Below are positions 40,901 to 53,421 of a stretch of 64,000 bases of DNA, one piece after another. The notes below the pieces were generated by a model. The model was not told the DNA's origin. It saw only the letters and a program-made list of their open reading frames with translations, and made no database searches. How positions within the stretch are numbered: position 1 is the stretch's first letter; each line of letters opens with the position of its first letter. The DNA is from an uncultured Pseudomonadota bacterium (GTDB taxonomy: Bacteria > Desulfobacterota > Binatia > Binatales > Binataceae), in NCBI GenBank assembly GCA_963824565.1, contig CAWGQB010000020.1, positions 67,575 through 131,574 on the forward strand, given 5' to 3'. The position numbers and the translations under genes were made by a program.

Positions 40901-41301
40901 ACGCTTCGCACCCAGGCCGCAAGTCGCGGACCGGCGGTCTCGCGTTCGAGATAAGGGGTCAGCTCCTTGAGCAGGGCAGCGTCATAGGTGAACGGGAATT
41001 TATCCGCGTACGGCTCAAGAAAGAAGTCGAACGGGTTGATGACCGTCATTTCGGCCACCAGGTCCACTTCCACGCGGAAATGGCGCACCGGCGTCTGAAA
41101 GACTACGCGGGCGAGATAATTGCTCTGCGGGTCCTGTTGCCAATTGATGAAATGGTCGCGCGGTTCGATCTTCAGGGAAAAAGCGCTGATCGGAGTCCGG
41201 CAATGAGGTGCGGGCCGCAGGCGTACAACCTGGGGCGACAGGTTAACCAGGCGGTCATAGCGATAGGTGGTTTGATGGTGAAGAGCGACATGAATCGGCA
41301 T
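37978..41301 (-). CDS. Transglutaminase + DUF2126 (putative amidoligase) large protein; frameshifts near 39530 and 38580
   Basis: [75 protein letters not shown]. Confidence 0.9.
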
Positions 41302-41782
41302 AGTGTTCTGTGTCTGCGCTAACTGAAATACCTCGCCGTCAAGCGCAAGCCGCCATTCCACCCCACACTCATCCGAACCAGCGCCAGGCGAACACCCAAT
41401 CTTATCCGCGCTTGCCTAGCAAGAATAGATCCGAAAGCCGCGCCGATCGGTCGCGCTCTCGCACTGCTTCTGCCCTCGTTGATACATAGGATATTCGAAG
41501 CTCGCCGGTGGCCGCCGCCCCAAAATCCAAATCCTATTTCCTATCCTGTGGACAATCAGTGCGCATGTGCACAAGAGACACGCGCAGATCCTGTCGCTCA
41601 TGGGAAAAGCATGTTTTGATTATGCTCAACGCGTGTGCAGGCTTGGAGTAGTCGCCTCAAATTCCAAATGAGTGTTCGGTCTTGCGGAGCAAATCCGCCA
41701 AACCGGACGATAGCTGTAATCCTGGTAGATAGTGAATTCAACGTGGCGCGTTCTGATCATTGCGCGCCCGAGAGGTCTTCGG

Positions 41783-42045
41783 TGTTTTTTCTCCCTTGCT
41801 CAAAATGCGGGCGGCGCGGCCGCGTCTGCTCGTTGATCGTCATGCGCTTCAAGTCCCATTGCGACCATTGCGGCCATGCCGCCGCCTGCCATGAGGCCAG
41901 GCGTTGGTGCGCGTCGTGCATCATCCTGATGGTGACCGCGGCCCTGTTGGCCGGCTCATTGGCCCTGTTCGGAAATCTGGGCCTGGCCCGGACCGCGCCA
42001 AGCGATGGCGCGGCTCGATCTACCCTCACTACCACAAAAGAATAG
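41783..42045 (+). CDS. Possible small Cys-rich membrane protein
   Basis: CSKC..CDHC..C..C followed by a hydrophobic stretch (IILMVTAALLAGSLALFG); start uncertain. Confidence 0.3.
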
Positions 42046-42548
42046 CACAGGCTGGCTGGAAAGCCGGTCCAATACCGTCAGACGCGAATAGCCCCTCCGG
42101 GCGGTCAAGGCAAAAATTCGGCGCGCGATTTGCTCCGCAAGGAGCAACCGATGAGATGCAGGCGAGCCGGCAAATATTCTCGCATGCCAATCGCCTTCTG
42201 CGCCAATGCATTGGGGTGACTGTAAGCCTCCGCAAGCCCTCGCCCTCTGCTTGTTCTGCGGGGGTGTTGGGCCACGGCAATCAGCCTGCCATGGGCGCCC
42301 TCACCTGAATATCGCCGACTCGGCCAACATCCTTGCGCAATGGCTGCGCGAAGCGCACCTGCGGCAGATAGTAGCGTGCGGCGCCCTCCGCCACCCTGGG
42401 CGAGAGTTGAAGGATTTATTCATTGAGCAGAAAGAGACTCCCCGAAGGAGCGGAAATTCTCCCCACCGCTATAGATCCCCATGCGCCAGATTGCCCTTAA
42501 CGGCGCCACCCAATCGGCAGAAACATTTATCCCGGCTGATGTATTCGC

Positions 42549-42564
42549 TGGCATGCCATTCGCT
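42549..42564 (+). promoter_or_regulatory. Candidate sigma54 (-24/-12) promoter
   Basis: TGGCAT-N5-TCGCT (GG-N10-GC) about 80 bp upstream of the sensor kinase gene. Confidence 0.3.
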
Positions 42565-42641
42565 TTACCAGCCCACGGAGTCTCAGTTTGGAAGTAGCCG
42601 CCATTTCCGGTCTGACGCGATTTAGGGCTAGAATGCCCGAA

Positions 42642-44107
42642 ATGAAGGTCGGAACGCGTCTGGCGCTTGGTCTGCTCGCGGCTCTTACTCCGGTGGTCGG
42701 GGTGTACACCTACACCCGCGTCCGTTCATCTACCCGAATTTTTGAACAGGATCTCAAACGGGACACCAGAGCCACGGAACTGGCGCTGAATACCGCTATC
42801 CAATTCGATATCCAGCGATCGGAATGGAGCGACATCGGAAACATCTTGCGCATCATCGCAGACCAAGGGGTAGCCGTTGCGGTGTTGGATAAGAAAGGAG
42901 ACCTGCGCTTCTCGCTTCGCGATTTTCCAATCAAATTGCCGTCGGCAGCGCAAGTCCGAAAGGACGTAGGCGCGACGGGTAGCAGCGAATTCACCCAAAC
43001 CGCGAACGGACGCTACTGGTTTTGCCGCATCGCACCCTTGGGACGCGTGCCCTCAGCCGGCTACTTGCTGGTCGCTCAGGACTGGACCGAGGTCCGCGAG
43101 GACCTCTATCGCCGGACCTTAGGGGCGGTCACTGCGGGTGCCGTGGTCAGTGCTTCTGACCACGATTCTGATTCCCTTGGTGGCGAGAAAGTACGTTTCG
43201 CTTCCGCTCAAGGAGCTTTCCCGCCGCGTCAGCAGCTTTTCCAGCGGCGATGAGCCGGAGCGGGAAGTGGCCGGCGACGAGGTAACATTGATTACCGAGG
43301 AGTTCCGCAAGCTCGCGCGCGAGCTGAGCGTGGCGCGCCGGCGCCTGCTCGATGAAAGCGAACGTAAAATTGAACTTGAGCGCCGCCTGCGCCATTCGGA
43401 CAAGCTGGCAACCATCGGCACCCTCGCATCCGGCCTGGCACACGAAATCGGCACGCCGCTGGGTGTCATTCGAGGCCGTGCGGAACATTTGCTGCGCAGC
43501 AATCCGGATCCGCGCAAGCTGAACCAGGGACTTGAAATCATCATCAACCAGATCGATCGGATCACCCGCATTGTCCGGATGTTGCTGGATTTCGGCCGCC
43601 GCCGTGAACCGATAAGGTTAACCACTGACGTGCGCGCGATCGTGCAACGCACTCTGCATCTGCTCGAAACCGAGGCCGAACGCCGTAACATCAGACTGGT
43701 CAGCGACTTGGGTGCGGCGCCGTTGCTGGCCGATTGTGACGCCGACCAACTCCAGCAGGTATTCGTCAATCTAGGCATGAACGCCTTGGATGCGATGGCG
43801 GAAAATGGCGGCATCCTGCGGGTCACTGCGGAACACCGCCTGACCGAGGTCGGCGAGCAGGTGCGTCTGTGCTTTGAAGACGATGGACCCGGGGTGGAGG
43901 AACAGCTCCGGGAGCGGGTGTTCGATCCGTTCTTTCACTACCAAGGAGCCCGGTAAGGGTACTGGAATGGGCTTGGCCGTGAGCCAGTCGATCGTCCGCG
44001 ACCACGATGGCGAAATTACCTTGGAGCCGGGAATTCGAGGAGCACGGTTCGTGGTCGCTCTGGCCGCCTCGCATCGGCACACTTTCCAAATCGCCGCGAG
44101 CGCCTGA
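42642..44107 (+). CDS. Membrane sensor histidine kinase; frameshifts near 43155 and 43935
   Basis: Two TM helices; [25 protein letters not shown](F)TTK..GTGMGL. Confidence 0.9.
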
Positions 44108-44109
44108 TT

Positions 44110-45478
44110 ATGGAAACTGAGCGTAGCACCATCCTGGTTGTCGACGACGATCGGGAAATGGCCAACATACTGGTCGAAATCCTGAGCACGGCGGGCTATC
44201 GGGCGATTGCCGCCAACTCGGGAGCAGACGCCCTTGCGACGGTGCGGCGCGAACATCCCGACCTGGTGATTTCCGACTTGCGCATGGTCGGCTTGAGCGG
44301 CCATCAGCTTCAGGCTGAAATCAAACGCGTGGCGCCCAACTTGCCAGTCGTGATCATCACCGCATTCGGTTCGATTCAGACCGCGGTGGAGTCGATGAAG
44401 CTGGGGGCGTTTGACTACATCACCAAACCATTCAGCAACGACGAGCTGCTGCTGGTGGTGACGCGCGCCTTGGAAGATAGCAGCCTGCGTCAGGAGATCA
44501 AGCGATTGCGCGGGGAACTCGCCCATAGCTATGGCCTGGAGAATATCATTGCCGCCAGCCAGAAAATGACCGAGGTGCTGGAAATCGTGGGTCAAATTGC
44601 GGACAGCGCCGCCAGCGTTCTGCTCACCGGCGAAAGCGGCACCGGCAAGGAGCTGATCGCGCGCGCGCTGCATTTCCGCAGCCGGCGCCAGCAAGGGCCG
44701 TTTGTGCCGGTCAATTGCGCCGCGATTCCCGACAACCTGTTGGAAAGCGAGTTGTTCGGTCACGTCAAGGGAGCCTTTACCGACGCGCGCCAGAGCAAGA
44801 CCGGGCTGTTTCAATCCGCGCGCGGAGGCACCCTGTTCCTCGATGAAATCGGCGAGATGCCGCTGTTGCTGCAGGCCAAGCTGCTACGCGTCATCGAAGA
44901 CAAGCGCGTGCGTCCGGTCGGCGCTACCGAAGAGACCCCGGTAGACGTCAGGATCGTGTCGGCGACCAATTCGGACCTTGAAGCCGCGATGGCGACGGCG
45001 GGAAAATTCCGCGTCGACCTCTATTATCGCCTAGCCACGGTCACCCTGGTGCTGCCGCCGCTGCGCGAACGCGTCGAGGATATCGTGCCGCTGATCAAGC
45101 ATTTCCTCGCTCGCGCCAGCGCCGAAGCCGGCCGGCCCATTCCCGAGATAGACCCTGAGGCAATCACGAGCTTGACGCATTACCAATGGCCGGGGAATAT
45201 CCGCGAGCTGCAAAACGCGATTTCGCGCGCCGTGATCCTGTGCCGCAATAATCGCATCACGCGCGGCGACCTGCCGGCCAAGATTGCCGGCGACGAATCG
45301 GTCGCCAGCTTCGGTCGATGAAGCGGTCAACCGGCGCCTTACTATCGATCAGCTCGAACGCGAGTACGCCCGCGCGGTATTGGCGTCCGTGGGTGGCAAC
45401 AAGAGTGAGGCCGCGATGGTTCTGGGGATTGATCGCAAGACCCTGTATCGCAAGCTCGGCGAGCCGGATTCAAACTGA
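44110..45478 (+). CDS. Sigma54-dependent response regulator (NtrC/AtoC family); frameshift near 45312
   Basis: Receiver VVDDD..DLRM; [22 protein letters not shown]; Fis [15 protein letters not shown]. Confidence 0.92.
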
Positions 45479-45756
45479 CTCGAATCCGGAGTCAGTGCAA
45501 GTCGTCCGGGAATAGTGTGCGAAGCTTGATGGCGCCCGCGTCGCTGACCCAGGCCAGCGATCGCGCCGCGAATCGAAACGGCTGCGCGCTTGCAGGTTTG
45601 CTTCTTCTGAGTGCAACCGGTGCCCACCAAGAGCGCAGCAAACAGGCATCCGCCGATCCCAGAGTTGACACATGATGGGCCGGGCCGCTGTGTTTAATTT
45701 CCAGACAACAGTGAGAGGCGGGTCGAGTTGACGCAGCGGCAGCTAGCGAATCCCTG

Positions 45757-46332
45757 CTAGCCTTGCATCAAGAGGGCTTCATCCGCCGCCAGCGTAGCGT
45801 ATACTTCGCGATCGATCGCGCGATAACGTTCCAACGCCTGGTCCGCGCGTTCCGGTTTGCCCTGTTCGCGAGCGAATTCGCGCATCTGGCGCTCGATCCA
45901 TGACAGATGCCAGGTCTCGTCCTCGGTGACGGCTTTAAGCACTTCCAAGGTCTCCGAGTCCACATTGGGCAGAGCGGCATGCTGCATGTAGCGCGAGCGA
46001 GCCCGCTCCTCGACCACTACCGTGAGCGCCAGCAGATCGATGATGTCCTTGGGCACGCCGGTCCTCAAGCCTAGCCGGCGCTGATAGCCGTCATCGATCA
46101 TGACCGGCGCCCCGCCGAGATCTGCGATTCGCTTGGTCCACAACCAGGCATGGCGCGTTTCATCGGCCAGATGGCGCGACATTTTCAGTTGCGCTTCGGC
46201 ATCCTTTATGTGGTGCAGCAAATTGAAAAGCAGTCGTGCGCCGCGCAGTTCAGCATCGCGATAAAAGCTGAAAATCATCACCTGCTTGTCGGTCGCCGAC
46301 ATCTCGCTGAAGTTCAAATTCATTTCTTGCAT
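45757..46332 (-). CDS. Ferritin-like (diiron-carboxylate) protein
   Basis: E..DETRH..EE..DETWH ligand pattern. Confidence 0.75.
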   Translation of the reverse strand: MQEMNLNFSEMSATDKQVMIFSFYRDAELRGARLLFNLLHHIKDAEAQLKMSRHLADETRHAWLWTKRIADLGGAPVMIDDGYQRRLGLRTGVPKDIIDLLALTVVVEERARSRYMQHAALPNVDSETLEVLKAVTEDETWHLSWIERQMREFAREQGKPERADQALERYRAIDREVYATLAADEALLMQG

Positions 46333-46590
46333 CTCTCCCTGCCCCATCCCATTCATGCAACCTCGGGTACCAGATTACAGCAATGAACGCCTCTCGGCGA
46401 GATCTTCGACCGTCTGGCGGAAGCACGGATCCTGATAATGCGTTTAAGTATGCGATCCGAGCATACCGGTCAATGACTTGACCTGGACACGTAAACCCTC
46501 TGCCAACAAACCCGGCAAGCTGCCAGAGACTCTGCACAATTGATAGAGTGCCGTTATAAGGATAATAAGGATGGTGGCGAAAGGGGGATT

Positions 46591-47733
46591 ATGCCAATCA
46601 GTTCGGATGCTTATTGGCTTGCTCTAAGACGTGTGCACGGCGTCGGCGCGCGAGTGGCGCGGATGCTGCTTGAGAAGCTGGGCGAGCCGCGCCACATCTT
46701 CGAAGCCAGCGAAGAGGATCTCGTCGGGGCTGGAGTTTTTCGGCCAACTGCGAAAAATATCGCGCAGTTCGCACAATTCGAACCGCTGGAACGGGAGCTG
46801 TGCGAGATGGCACGTCTGGACGCGAGCCTCGTCAGATGGAACGACGCCAATTACCCCGCGGCTTTGCGCGAGATTCCCGATCCTCCCCCATTTCTGTACC
46901 TGCGCGGTACGATGCCCGCGGACGAACGCAATTGCGTGGCGATTGTTGGAGCGCGGGCCGCGAGCGACGCCGGGCGCCATATGGCGCGCCGGCTGGGTTT
47001 GGAACTTGCCGCCAAGGGCATTACCGTGGTTAGCGGGCTGGCGCGCGGAATCGATGGCGAAGCGCACCATGGCGCCTTGGAGGGAAACGGCCGGACGATT
47101 GCGGTGTTGGGCTGCGGCATTGATATAATCTATCCCTCTGAGCATCGTCAGCTCGCCGAGTCGTTAGTCGCCCGCAACGGCGCCCTGCTTAGCGAGTTGC
47201 CGCTCGGCAGCGCACCGGTACCGGAGAATTTCCCGGTCCGTAATCGTTTGATCGCGGGCTTGAGCCTGGGGGTCGTGGTAGTGGAAGCGGCAGAGAAAAG
47301 CGGCTCGCTGATCACCGCCCGGCTCGCGTTGGAGCATAATCGCCAGGTGTTCGCGGTACCGGGAAGTCCGTTGACAGGTAAGTCGCGGGGCAGCAATCGC
47401 CTGCTCAAGGAGGGTGCGAGATTGGTCGAGTGCGTCGAGGACGTGATTGAGGAACTCGCTCCACAACTGGCTCATTCCGCGTCGCGCCCGATGGCTGCGG
47501 CAGCGGACGTCAAGCGGCGGTCAGAAAAAGCGTCGCTTCCGGGCAGCTTCAAGGAAAACCAATTCCGGACCGTGATCGAACATTTGAGCCCCGTTGAGAA
47601 GACTCATATCGACGCTATTGTGGAAAGCTGCGGATTGAATGCGCAAACTGTACTGGGCGTCTTACTTGAATTGGAGTTAACGGGCGTTGTGGTGCAGCAT
47701 CCCGGCAAGCTATTCTCTCTGGCACAAATCTAG
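46591..47733 (+). CDS. dprA: DNA-processing protein DprA/Smf
   Basis: VSGLARGID, FPVRNRLIAG, VEAAEKSGSLITA, C-terminal winged helix. Confidence 0.95.
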   Translation: MPISSDAYWLALRRVHGVGARVARMLLEKLGEPRHIFEASEEDLVGAGVFRPTAKNIAQFAQFEPLERELCEMARLDASLVRWNDANYPAALREIPDPPPFLYLRGTMPADERNCVAIVGARAASDAGRHMARRLGLELAAKGITVVSGLARGIDGEAHHGALEGNGRTIAVLGCGIDIIYPSEHRQLAESLVARNGALLSELPLGSAPVPENFPVRNRLIAGLSLGVVVVEAAEKSGSLITARLALEHNRQVFAVPGSPLTGKSRGSNRLLKEGARLVECVEDVIEELAPQLAHSASRPMAAAADVKRRSEKASLPGSFKENQFRTVIEHLSPVEKTHIDAIVESCGLNAQTVLGVLLELELTGVVVQHPGKLFSLAQI

Positions 47734-47822
47734 CATGATTATATTGGAGTTGATGTGGCGCGATCCTCTGTGTGTGCGGAGGATGGCCATTGCCGGGTTC
47801 GTAATACAGGATCGCAATAGAC

Positions 47823-50162
47823 GTGGCTAAAAATCTTCTCATTGTTGAATCGCCCGCCAAAGCGAAAACGATCAAACGCTATCTGGGTTCAGCTTATCAG
47901 GTGGCGCCTTCGGTCGGACACGTGATGGATCTGCCCAAGAGCAAATTGGGCGTGGATGTTGAACACGATTTCCTGCCCGAATACGAGATCATAAAGGGCA
48001 AGAACAAGGTCATCGACGGGATCAAGAAGGCGGCAAAGGAAAGCGAGAATATCTATCTCGCGACCGACCCTGACCGCGAGGGAGAGGCGATTGCATGGCA
48101 TGTTGCCGAGCAGATCGGCAGCAATCACCCCAATCTCTATCGGGTGCTACTTCACGAAATCACCCCAACCGCTGTAAGGGCGGCGCTCGCCCAGCCCTCC
48201 AAACTCAACCGTAACCTCTATGAGGCGCAGCAGGCGCGCCGGGTGCTGGACCGTCTGGTCGGTTACCAAATCAGTCCCTTGCTGTGGGAGAAGGTCAGGC
48301 GTGGGATCAGCGCGGGACGGGTGCAGTCAGTCTCTCTGAGAATTATTGTCGAGCGCGAGCGCTTGCGCGAGGCGTTCCGCGCCGAGGAATACTGGACCCT
48401 GGACGCCAAGCTTGCGGGGCAAAATCCCCCGCCCTTTACGGCCCGCTTGTTCACCCACGCCGGACAGCGGGTGGACAATAAAAACTACAAACTGGCCAAG
48501 TCCGAGGTGGATTCGATTCTGGCGGTCTTGCAGGGCCCCGCGGCCCCGCCGTTTAAGGTCAGCAAGATCGAGCGCAAGGAAGTCCGCCGCAGCCCGGCGC
48601 CGCCCTTCATCACTTCGCGTCTGCAGCAGGAAGCGGCGCGCCGGCTGTATTTCTCGCCCTCCCGGACGATGAAGATCGCGCAGAAACTTTACGAAGGCGT
48701 GGAGATCGGCGATCACGGCGCGGTCGGCCTTATCACTTATATGCGCACCGACTCGGTGCGGGTTTCGGATGACGCGCTCAACGAGGTTCGGGGTTACATC
48801 GAGCAGCGCTACGGGAAGCAATACGTCCCCGAAAAGCCCAACTACTACCGATCGGCAAAATCCGCCCAGGAGGCGCATGAGGCGATACGCCCTACTTCGG
48901 TGGGCCGCGATCCCGAATCACTGTCGCGTTATCTCGCCAAGGATGAACTGGCGCTGTACACGCTGATCTTCAACCGCTTCGTTTCAAGCCAGATGCCGCC
49001 CGCCGTGTTCGACCGCACCACGGTCGATATCATGGCCGGCGACGAACAGTTCCGCGCCACCGGCCAGGTGATGAAGTTCGACGGCTTCATCCGGGTCTAC
49101 CTCGAAGGCGTCGACGAGCCCGCCGACGACGATGATCAGCCGCAGTTGCCACAATTGACCGAGGACGAGATCCTGCGCCTGCTTGAATTCAGACCCGAGC
49201 AGCATTTCACCCAGCCGCCGCCCCGGTTCAGCCAGGCCACCCTGATCAAGGAGTTGGAGGAAAACGGGATCGGCCGGCCGTCGACATACGCCTCCATCAT
49301 GTCCAGTATTCTCAACCGTGAGTATGTGGACGAAGACGAGAACAAGCGCCTGCGCCCGACCTCGCTGGGCCGCATCGTAATCGATCTGCTGGTCGCGGCC
49401 TTCCCCGATATCGTCGAGGTCGGGTTCACCGCGCACATGGAGGAACAACTCGACCAGGTCGAAGAGGGCAAGGAAAACTGGGTCAAGACGCTCAAGCGCT
49501 TCTACACGCCATTCAAAAAACGTCTGGGCGAGGCGCGCAAGAAGATGCCCATGGTCAAGGGCAAAGGCGTTCCGACCGATCTGATATGCGAACTCGACGG
49601 CGGCGCGATGGTAATCAAGTGGGGCCGCAACGGCGAGTTCCTCGCCTGCTCCAACTATCCCGATTGCGGAAACACCAAGGAGTTCAACCGCGACGACCAG
49701 GGCAATATCACGATCCGGGAACCGGCGCCCGCGCCAGCGAGCGATCAGGTTTGCGACAAATGCGGCAAGCCGATGGTGCGCCGGCGCTCGCGCTTCGGGG
49801 AATTCCTGGGCTGCTCGGGCTATCCCGAATGCAACGGGATCAAGAAATTGCAGAGCGAGCCGGTCAAGACCGGAGTAGCATGTCCCGACTGCCACGAGGG
49901 CGAGGTCTTGGAACGGCGCAGCCGGCGCGGCAAGCTGTTTTACGGATGCAACCGCTATCCGAAATGTACCTTCGCGAGTTGGAACAAGGTCGTGGGGCAA
50001 CCGTGTCCGAAATGTGGCTCACCTTACCTGGTAGAGAAGACCACCAAGCGCGCCGGGACCACATGGTCGTGTCCCAAAGAGGAATGCGATTACGTGGTGG
50101 CGGCGGCGCCCGCCGCCCCGCCCGACGGTGCGGCCGCGTCGCCACCGTTGCCGAGTGCCTGA
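47823..50162 (+). CDS. topA: DNA topoisomerase I
   Basis: [36 protein letters not shown]-terminal Zn ribbons. Confidence 0.97.
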   Translation: MAKNLLIVESPAKAKTIKRYLGSAYQVAPSVGHVMDLPKSKLGVDVEHDFLPEYEIIKGKNKVIDGIKKAAKESENIYLATDPDREGEAIAWHVAEQIGSNHPNLYRVLLHEITPTAVRAALAQPSKLNRNLYEAQQARRVLDRLVGYQISPLLWEKVRRGISAGRVQSVSLRIIVERERLREAFRAEEYWTLDAKLAGQNPPPFTARLFTHAGQRVDNKNYKLAKSEVDSILAVLQGPAAPPFKVSKIERKEVRRSPAPPFITSRLQQEAARRLYFSPSRTMKIAQKLYEGVEIGDHGAVGLITYMRTDSVRVSDDALNEVRGYIEQRYGKQYVPEKPNYYRSAKSAQEAHEAIRPTSVGRDPESLSRYLAKDELALYTLIFNRFVSSQMPPAVFDRTTVDIMAGDEQFRATGQVMKFDGFIRVYLEGVDEPADDDDQPQLPQLTEDEILRLLEFRPEQHFTQPPPRFSQATLIKELEENGIGRPSTYASIMSSILNREYVDEDENKRLRPTSLGRIVIDLLVAAFPDIVEVGFTAHMEEQLDQVEEGKENWVKTLKRFYTPFKKRLGEARKKMPMVKGKGVPTDLICELDGGAMVIKWGRNGEFLACSNYPDCGNTKEFNRDDQGNITIREPAPAPASDQVCDKCGKPMVRRRSRFGEFLGCSGYPECNGIKKLQSEPVKTGVACPDCHEGEVLERRSRRGKLFYGCNRYPKCTFASWNKVVGQPCPKCGSPYLVEKTTKRAGTTWSCPKEECDYVVAAAPAAPPDGAAASPPLPSA

Positions 50163-50400
50163 GCGGCATGCTCGCGTGCCGGGGATTGCGTCCCGTCGGG
50201 ATGGCTTTTCCAGGTGTCAGGTTAAGCAGACAGGCGGTAAAACCCTGTCAGGGCGGCCTGTGAAGGCTGGAATCCGAATTGCGCGCTCTTTTTGCTCCCT
50301 CCCTGCGGACGTGTTCGCGCGCGAATCGAGAGACGCTGAAAAATCGCGACCGGGTCGGGATTCTGATACACTTCAAACCAGATTTCTGAATTTGACTTCT

Positions 50401-51743
50401 ATGAACGAACCGACCGTTAACGTCATCGGTGCCGGACTGGCGGGAAGCGAAGCGGCATTTCAGCTTGCGCGCCGCGGCGTACGCACGCGGCTGTATGAGA
50501 TGCGGCCGGTGAAAATGACCGCGGCGCATCGTACCGGGATGTTTGCCGAACTGGTGTGCTCCAACTCGCTGCGCAACGCGTCGCTCGAGACAGCGGTGGG
50601 CGTGCTGAAAGAAGAGATGCGCCGGCTGGGCTCGTTGGTGATGGCGGCGGCGGCCGTCGCTGCGGTTCCGGCGGGAGCCGCGCTCGCCGTGGATCGTGAC
50701 CGGTTCTCGGCGGCGATCACCGCGGCGATCGAGCATGAACCGATGGTCGAGATCGTGCACGAGGAAGTTACGTCGATTCCGCAGGGACCGGCGATCATCG
50801 CCACTGGCCCGCTGACCGCATCCGCGCTCGCCACCGCGATCAGCGATCAGATCGGTTCGCGATACTTGTATTTTTACGATGCCATCGCGCCGATCGTGAC
50901 CGCCGACTCAATCGACTTGAGCGTGGCGTTCAGGGCGTCGCGCTATGGCAAAGGCGGCGATGACTACATCAACTGCCCGATGACCGAGGACCAGTACACC
51001 AACTTCGTGCAGGCGGTGGTTGAGGCGGAAAAGGTGCCGGCTCATCCTTTTGAAAAGGCGATCTACTTCGAAGGATGCATGCCGATCGAGGAGATGGCGC
51101 GGCGCGGACCCAAGACCCTGGCCTTCGGCCCGATGCGTCCGGTGGGGTTGGCCGATCCGCGCACCGGACAGCGGTCAGCCGCGGTGGTGCAGTTGCGCCA
51201 GGACGACCATGAAGCTCGCCTCTACAATATGGTTGGTTTCCAGACCAAGATGACCTACCCGGAGCAGCGGCGGGTGCTGCGGATGATTCCCGGGCTTCAG
51301 AAAGCGGAATTCGTGCGCCTCGGGTCTCTGCATCGCAACACATTCATCGACTCGCCACGCCTTCTGAACCCGGCGTTCAATCTGCGCGCGCGTCCTGATA
51401 TATTCGTGGCCGGCCAGATGATCGGCGTGGAGGGCTACGTCGAGTCGGCGGCGGCCGGCCTGCTGGCCGCAATCAATCTCGCTCGCATGGTGCGCGGCGG
51501 CCGAACCGATCACACCGCCGCCGGAGACTGCCCTGGGCTCGCTGGTCGCGTACATTACCGACGCCGGCCGCAAGGATTTCCAACCCATGAACGCGAATTT
51601 CGGCCTGATGCCGGAACTTGGGAATCGCAGCCGCGGACGGGTGAAAAAAATTGAGCTGGCCACCCGCGCCTTGGCCGCGATCGACGGCTGGATCCGACAA
51701 CATCAGCTTGCGATCGAACCACCGCGCCACCGCGGCGGCTTGA
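50401..51743 (+). CDS. trmFO: Folate/FAD-dependent tRNA m5U54 methyltransferase; frameshift near 51500, end approximate
   Basis: [43 protein letters not shown] in the shifted frame. Confidence 0.92.
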
Positions 51744-51766
51744 GAGACTGGCGATGACGGACAGCG

Positions 51767-52703
51767 ATGCTCGCGCCGGCCACCACCGTGGCGGCTCTCG
51801 ATGTGGGATCCAACACCGTGCTGATGCTGGTGGCGGAACTGAGTAGCGCGGGCGTTCGCCCCCTCGCCGACTTGCTCAGAATCACCCGGCTTGGCCGCGG
51901 CGTTGATCGCACCGGCATGCTCGATCCGGCGTCGGCCGCCGGCACACTGGACGCTATCGCGGAGTTCACGGAAAAGGCGCGCGCATTGGGAGCGCAAAAG
52001 ATTCTTACCGCGGCGACCGCCGCGCTACGCGACGCGCACAACGGCGCGGAGTTCATCGGGCAGGTGCGCGCAGCGCACCGGCGTCGATCTCGAAATCATT
52101 TCCGGTCAAACGGAGGCGCAGTTGAACTTTCTCGCCGCCACCCGCGGCTTGAAGATCGACCCGGCGCAATCGATGCTGATCGTCGATATCGGCGGCGGGT
52201 CCACCGAACTGATCCGCTGCGAGGGAGGCGCCGACCCCGCGATGGTCAGTCTGCAAATCGGATCGGTCCGGCTGACGGAGCGGTTCATCAGTCACGATCC
52301 GCCCACCAACGCGGAGCAAGGGCAGGTCTATGACGAGGTCAAAGAGCAACTCGCGCCGCTAGGATGGGACAGCTTTCGCCCTACCAACTTGGTCGGCGTT
52401 GCGGGTACGGTTACCAGCGTGTGCGCGGTGGCGCTGGGGCTTAAGACTTACGACCATTCCATAGTGCACGGGCGCCGGCTTTCACAGGCAGAAGTTCAGG
52501 AAACCGCGAGGCAGTTTTTCGGTCTTACCACGGAGCAGCGCAAGCGGTTGCCCGGAATGATGGAGGGACGCGCCGACGTGATCGCCGCCGGCGCCGCAAT
52601 CCTCGATTGCGTCACGCAATTCTTCAACGCCGCCAGCGTGATCGTCAGCGACCAAGGCGTGCGCTGGGGCTTGATGTATCGTGAGCTGGAGCAGTTGCGT
52701 TGA
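51767..52703 (+). CDS. ppx: Ppx/GppA family exopolyphosphatase (short form); frameshift near 52070
   Basis: ALDVGSNT, ATAALRDA, DIGGGSTE, GRADVIAAG. Confidence 0.88.
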
Positions 52704-52814
52704 GCGCGGTGGCTCGGCCGTGGGCGGCTTGACGTCGGGATGCGAAACGACTAGCTCAAGTCCCATCAGCCCAGCGGGAATTGGCTGCGGCGATTCCAGG
52801 CGAAGGAGTGCACC

Positions 52815-53396
52815 ATGGCGGAGCTCGATTTACAGTCTCAAGGCCTTACGAACTATAAAGGGCGTTTGCTGAATCATGTCGAGCTGGTCTACTGGCCCGG
52901 CGAACGTCATCTGGCGGGCAAACTTTTCACCGCATTGGGCTGCACCGTAATCGACAGCGGCGCCACCCACCTGTACATCGCCGTTGGCACCCCGGACAAA
53001 TATGGACTCAATAATTCATTATACGCCTCTGAAGTCACCCAGGAGCAATTGCAGCTCGAAGAGCAGTTAAGGCAAGCGCTACATGGCGAATCGCCGCTGG
53101 CAGCTGCATATGCCGGTTATGACGACAAATTCCGCCGCCATCCGCAACTGACATCCCACTTCGGGTTGCGCTTCCCTTCGTTCGCAAAGCTCGAGGAAAC
53201 GCTTGCACAACTGGAAAACAACCTCGACCCCGAATTGGTTGGCCGCGTCCAGATCAAAGGCGTCTTTCGCCCGGGTGCTCCCGGCTCCTACACCGACCTG
53301 GTAATGCAGGCGTTTATCAAGACCGATATCGCCGCCAGCGGACTGCTTACTTTCGGCCAACACATCGAGCTCCAAGCGCAGCGTCCGATGGACTGA
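52815..53396 (+). CDS. Hypothetical protein, possibly VOC/glyoxalase-like
   Basis: RBS AGGAG; NHVEL..SHFGLRF..IELQ pattern. Confidence 0.6.
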   Translation: MAELDLQSQGLTNYKGRLLNHVELVYWPGERHLAGKLFTALGCTVIDSGATHLYIAVGTPDKYGLNNSLYASEVTQEQLQLEEQLRQALHGESPLAAAYAGYDDKFRRHPQLTSHFGLRFPSFAKLEETLAQLENNLDPELVGRVQIKGVFRPGAPGSYTDLVMQAFIKTDIAASGLLTFGQHIELQAQRPMD

Positions 53397-53421
53397 TCGG
53401 ATTTCAGGCGGCGTTCTTAGA

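Noticed and set aside
46591-52703. dprA-topA-trmFO cluster as a novel system
   Set aside because: A well-known conserved gene order; only the absence of xerC/hslVU after trmFO differs
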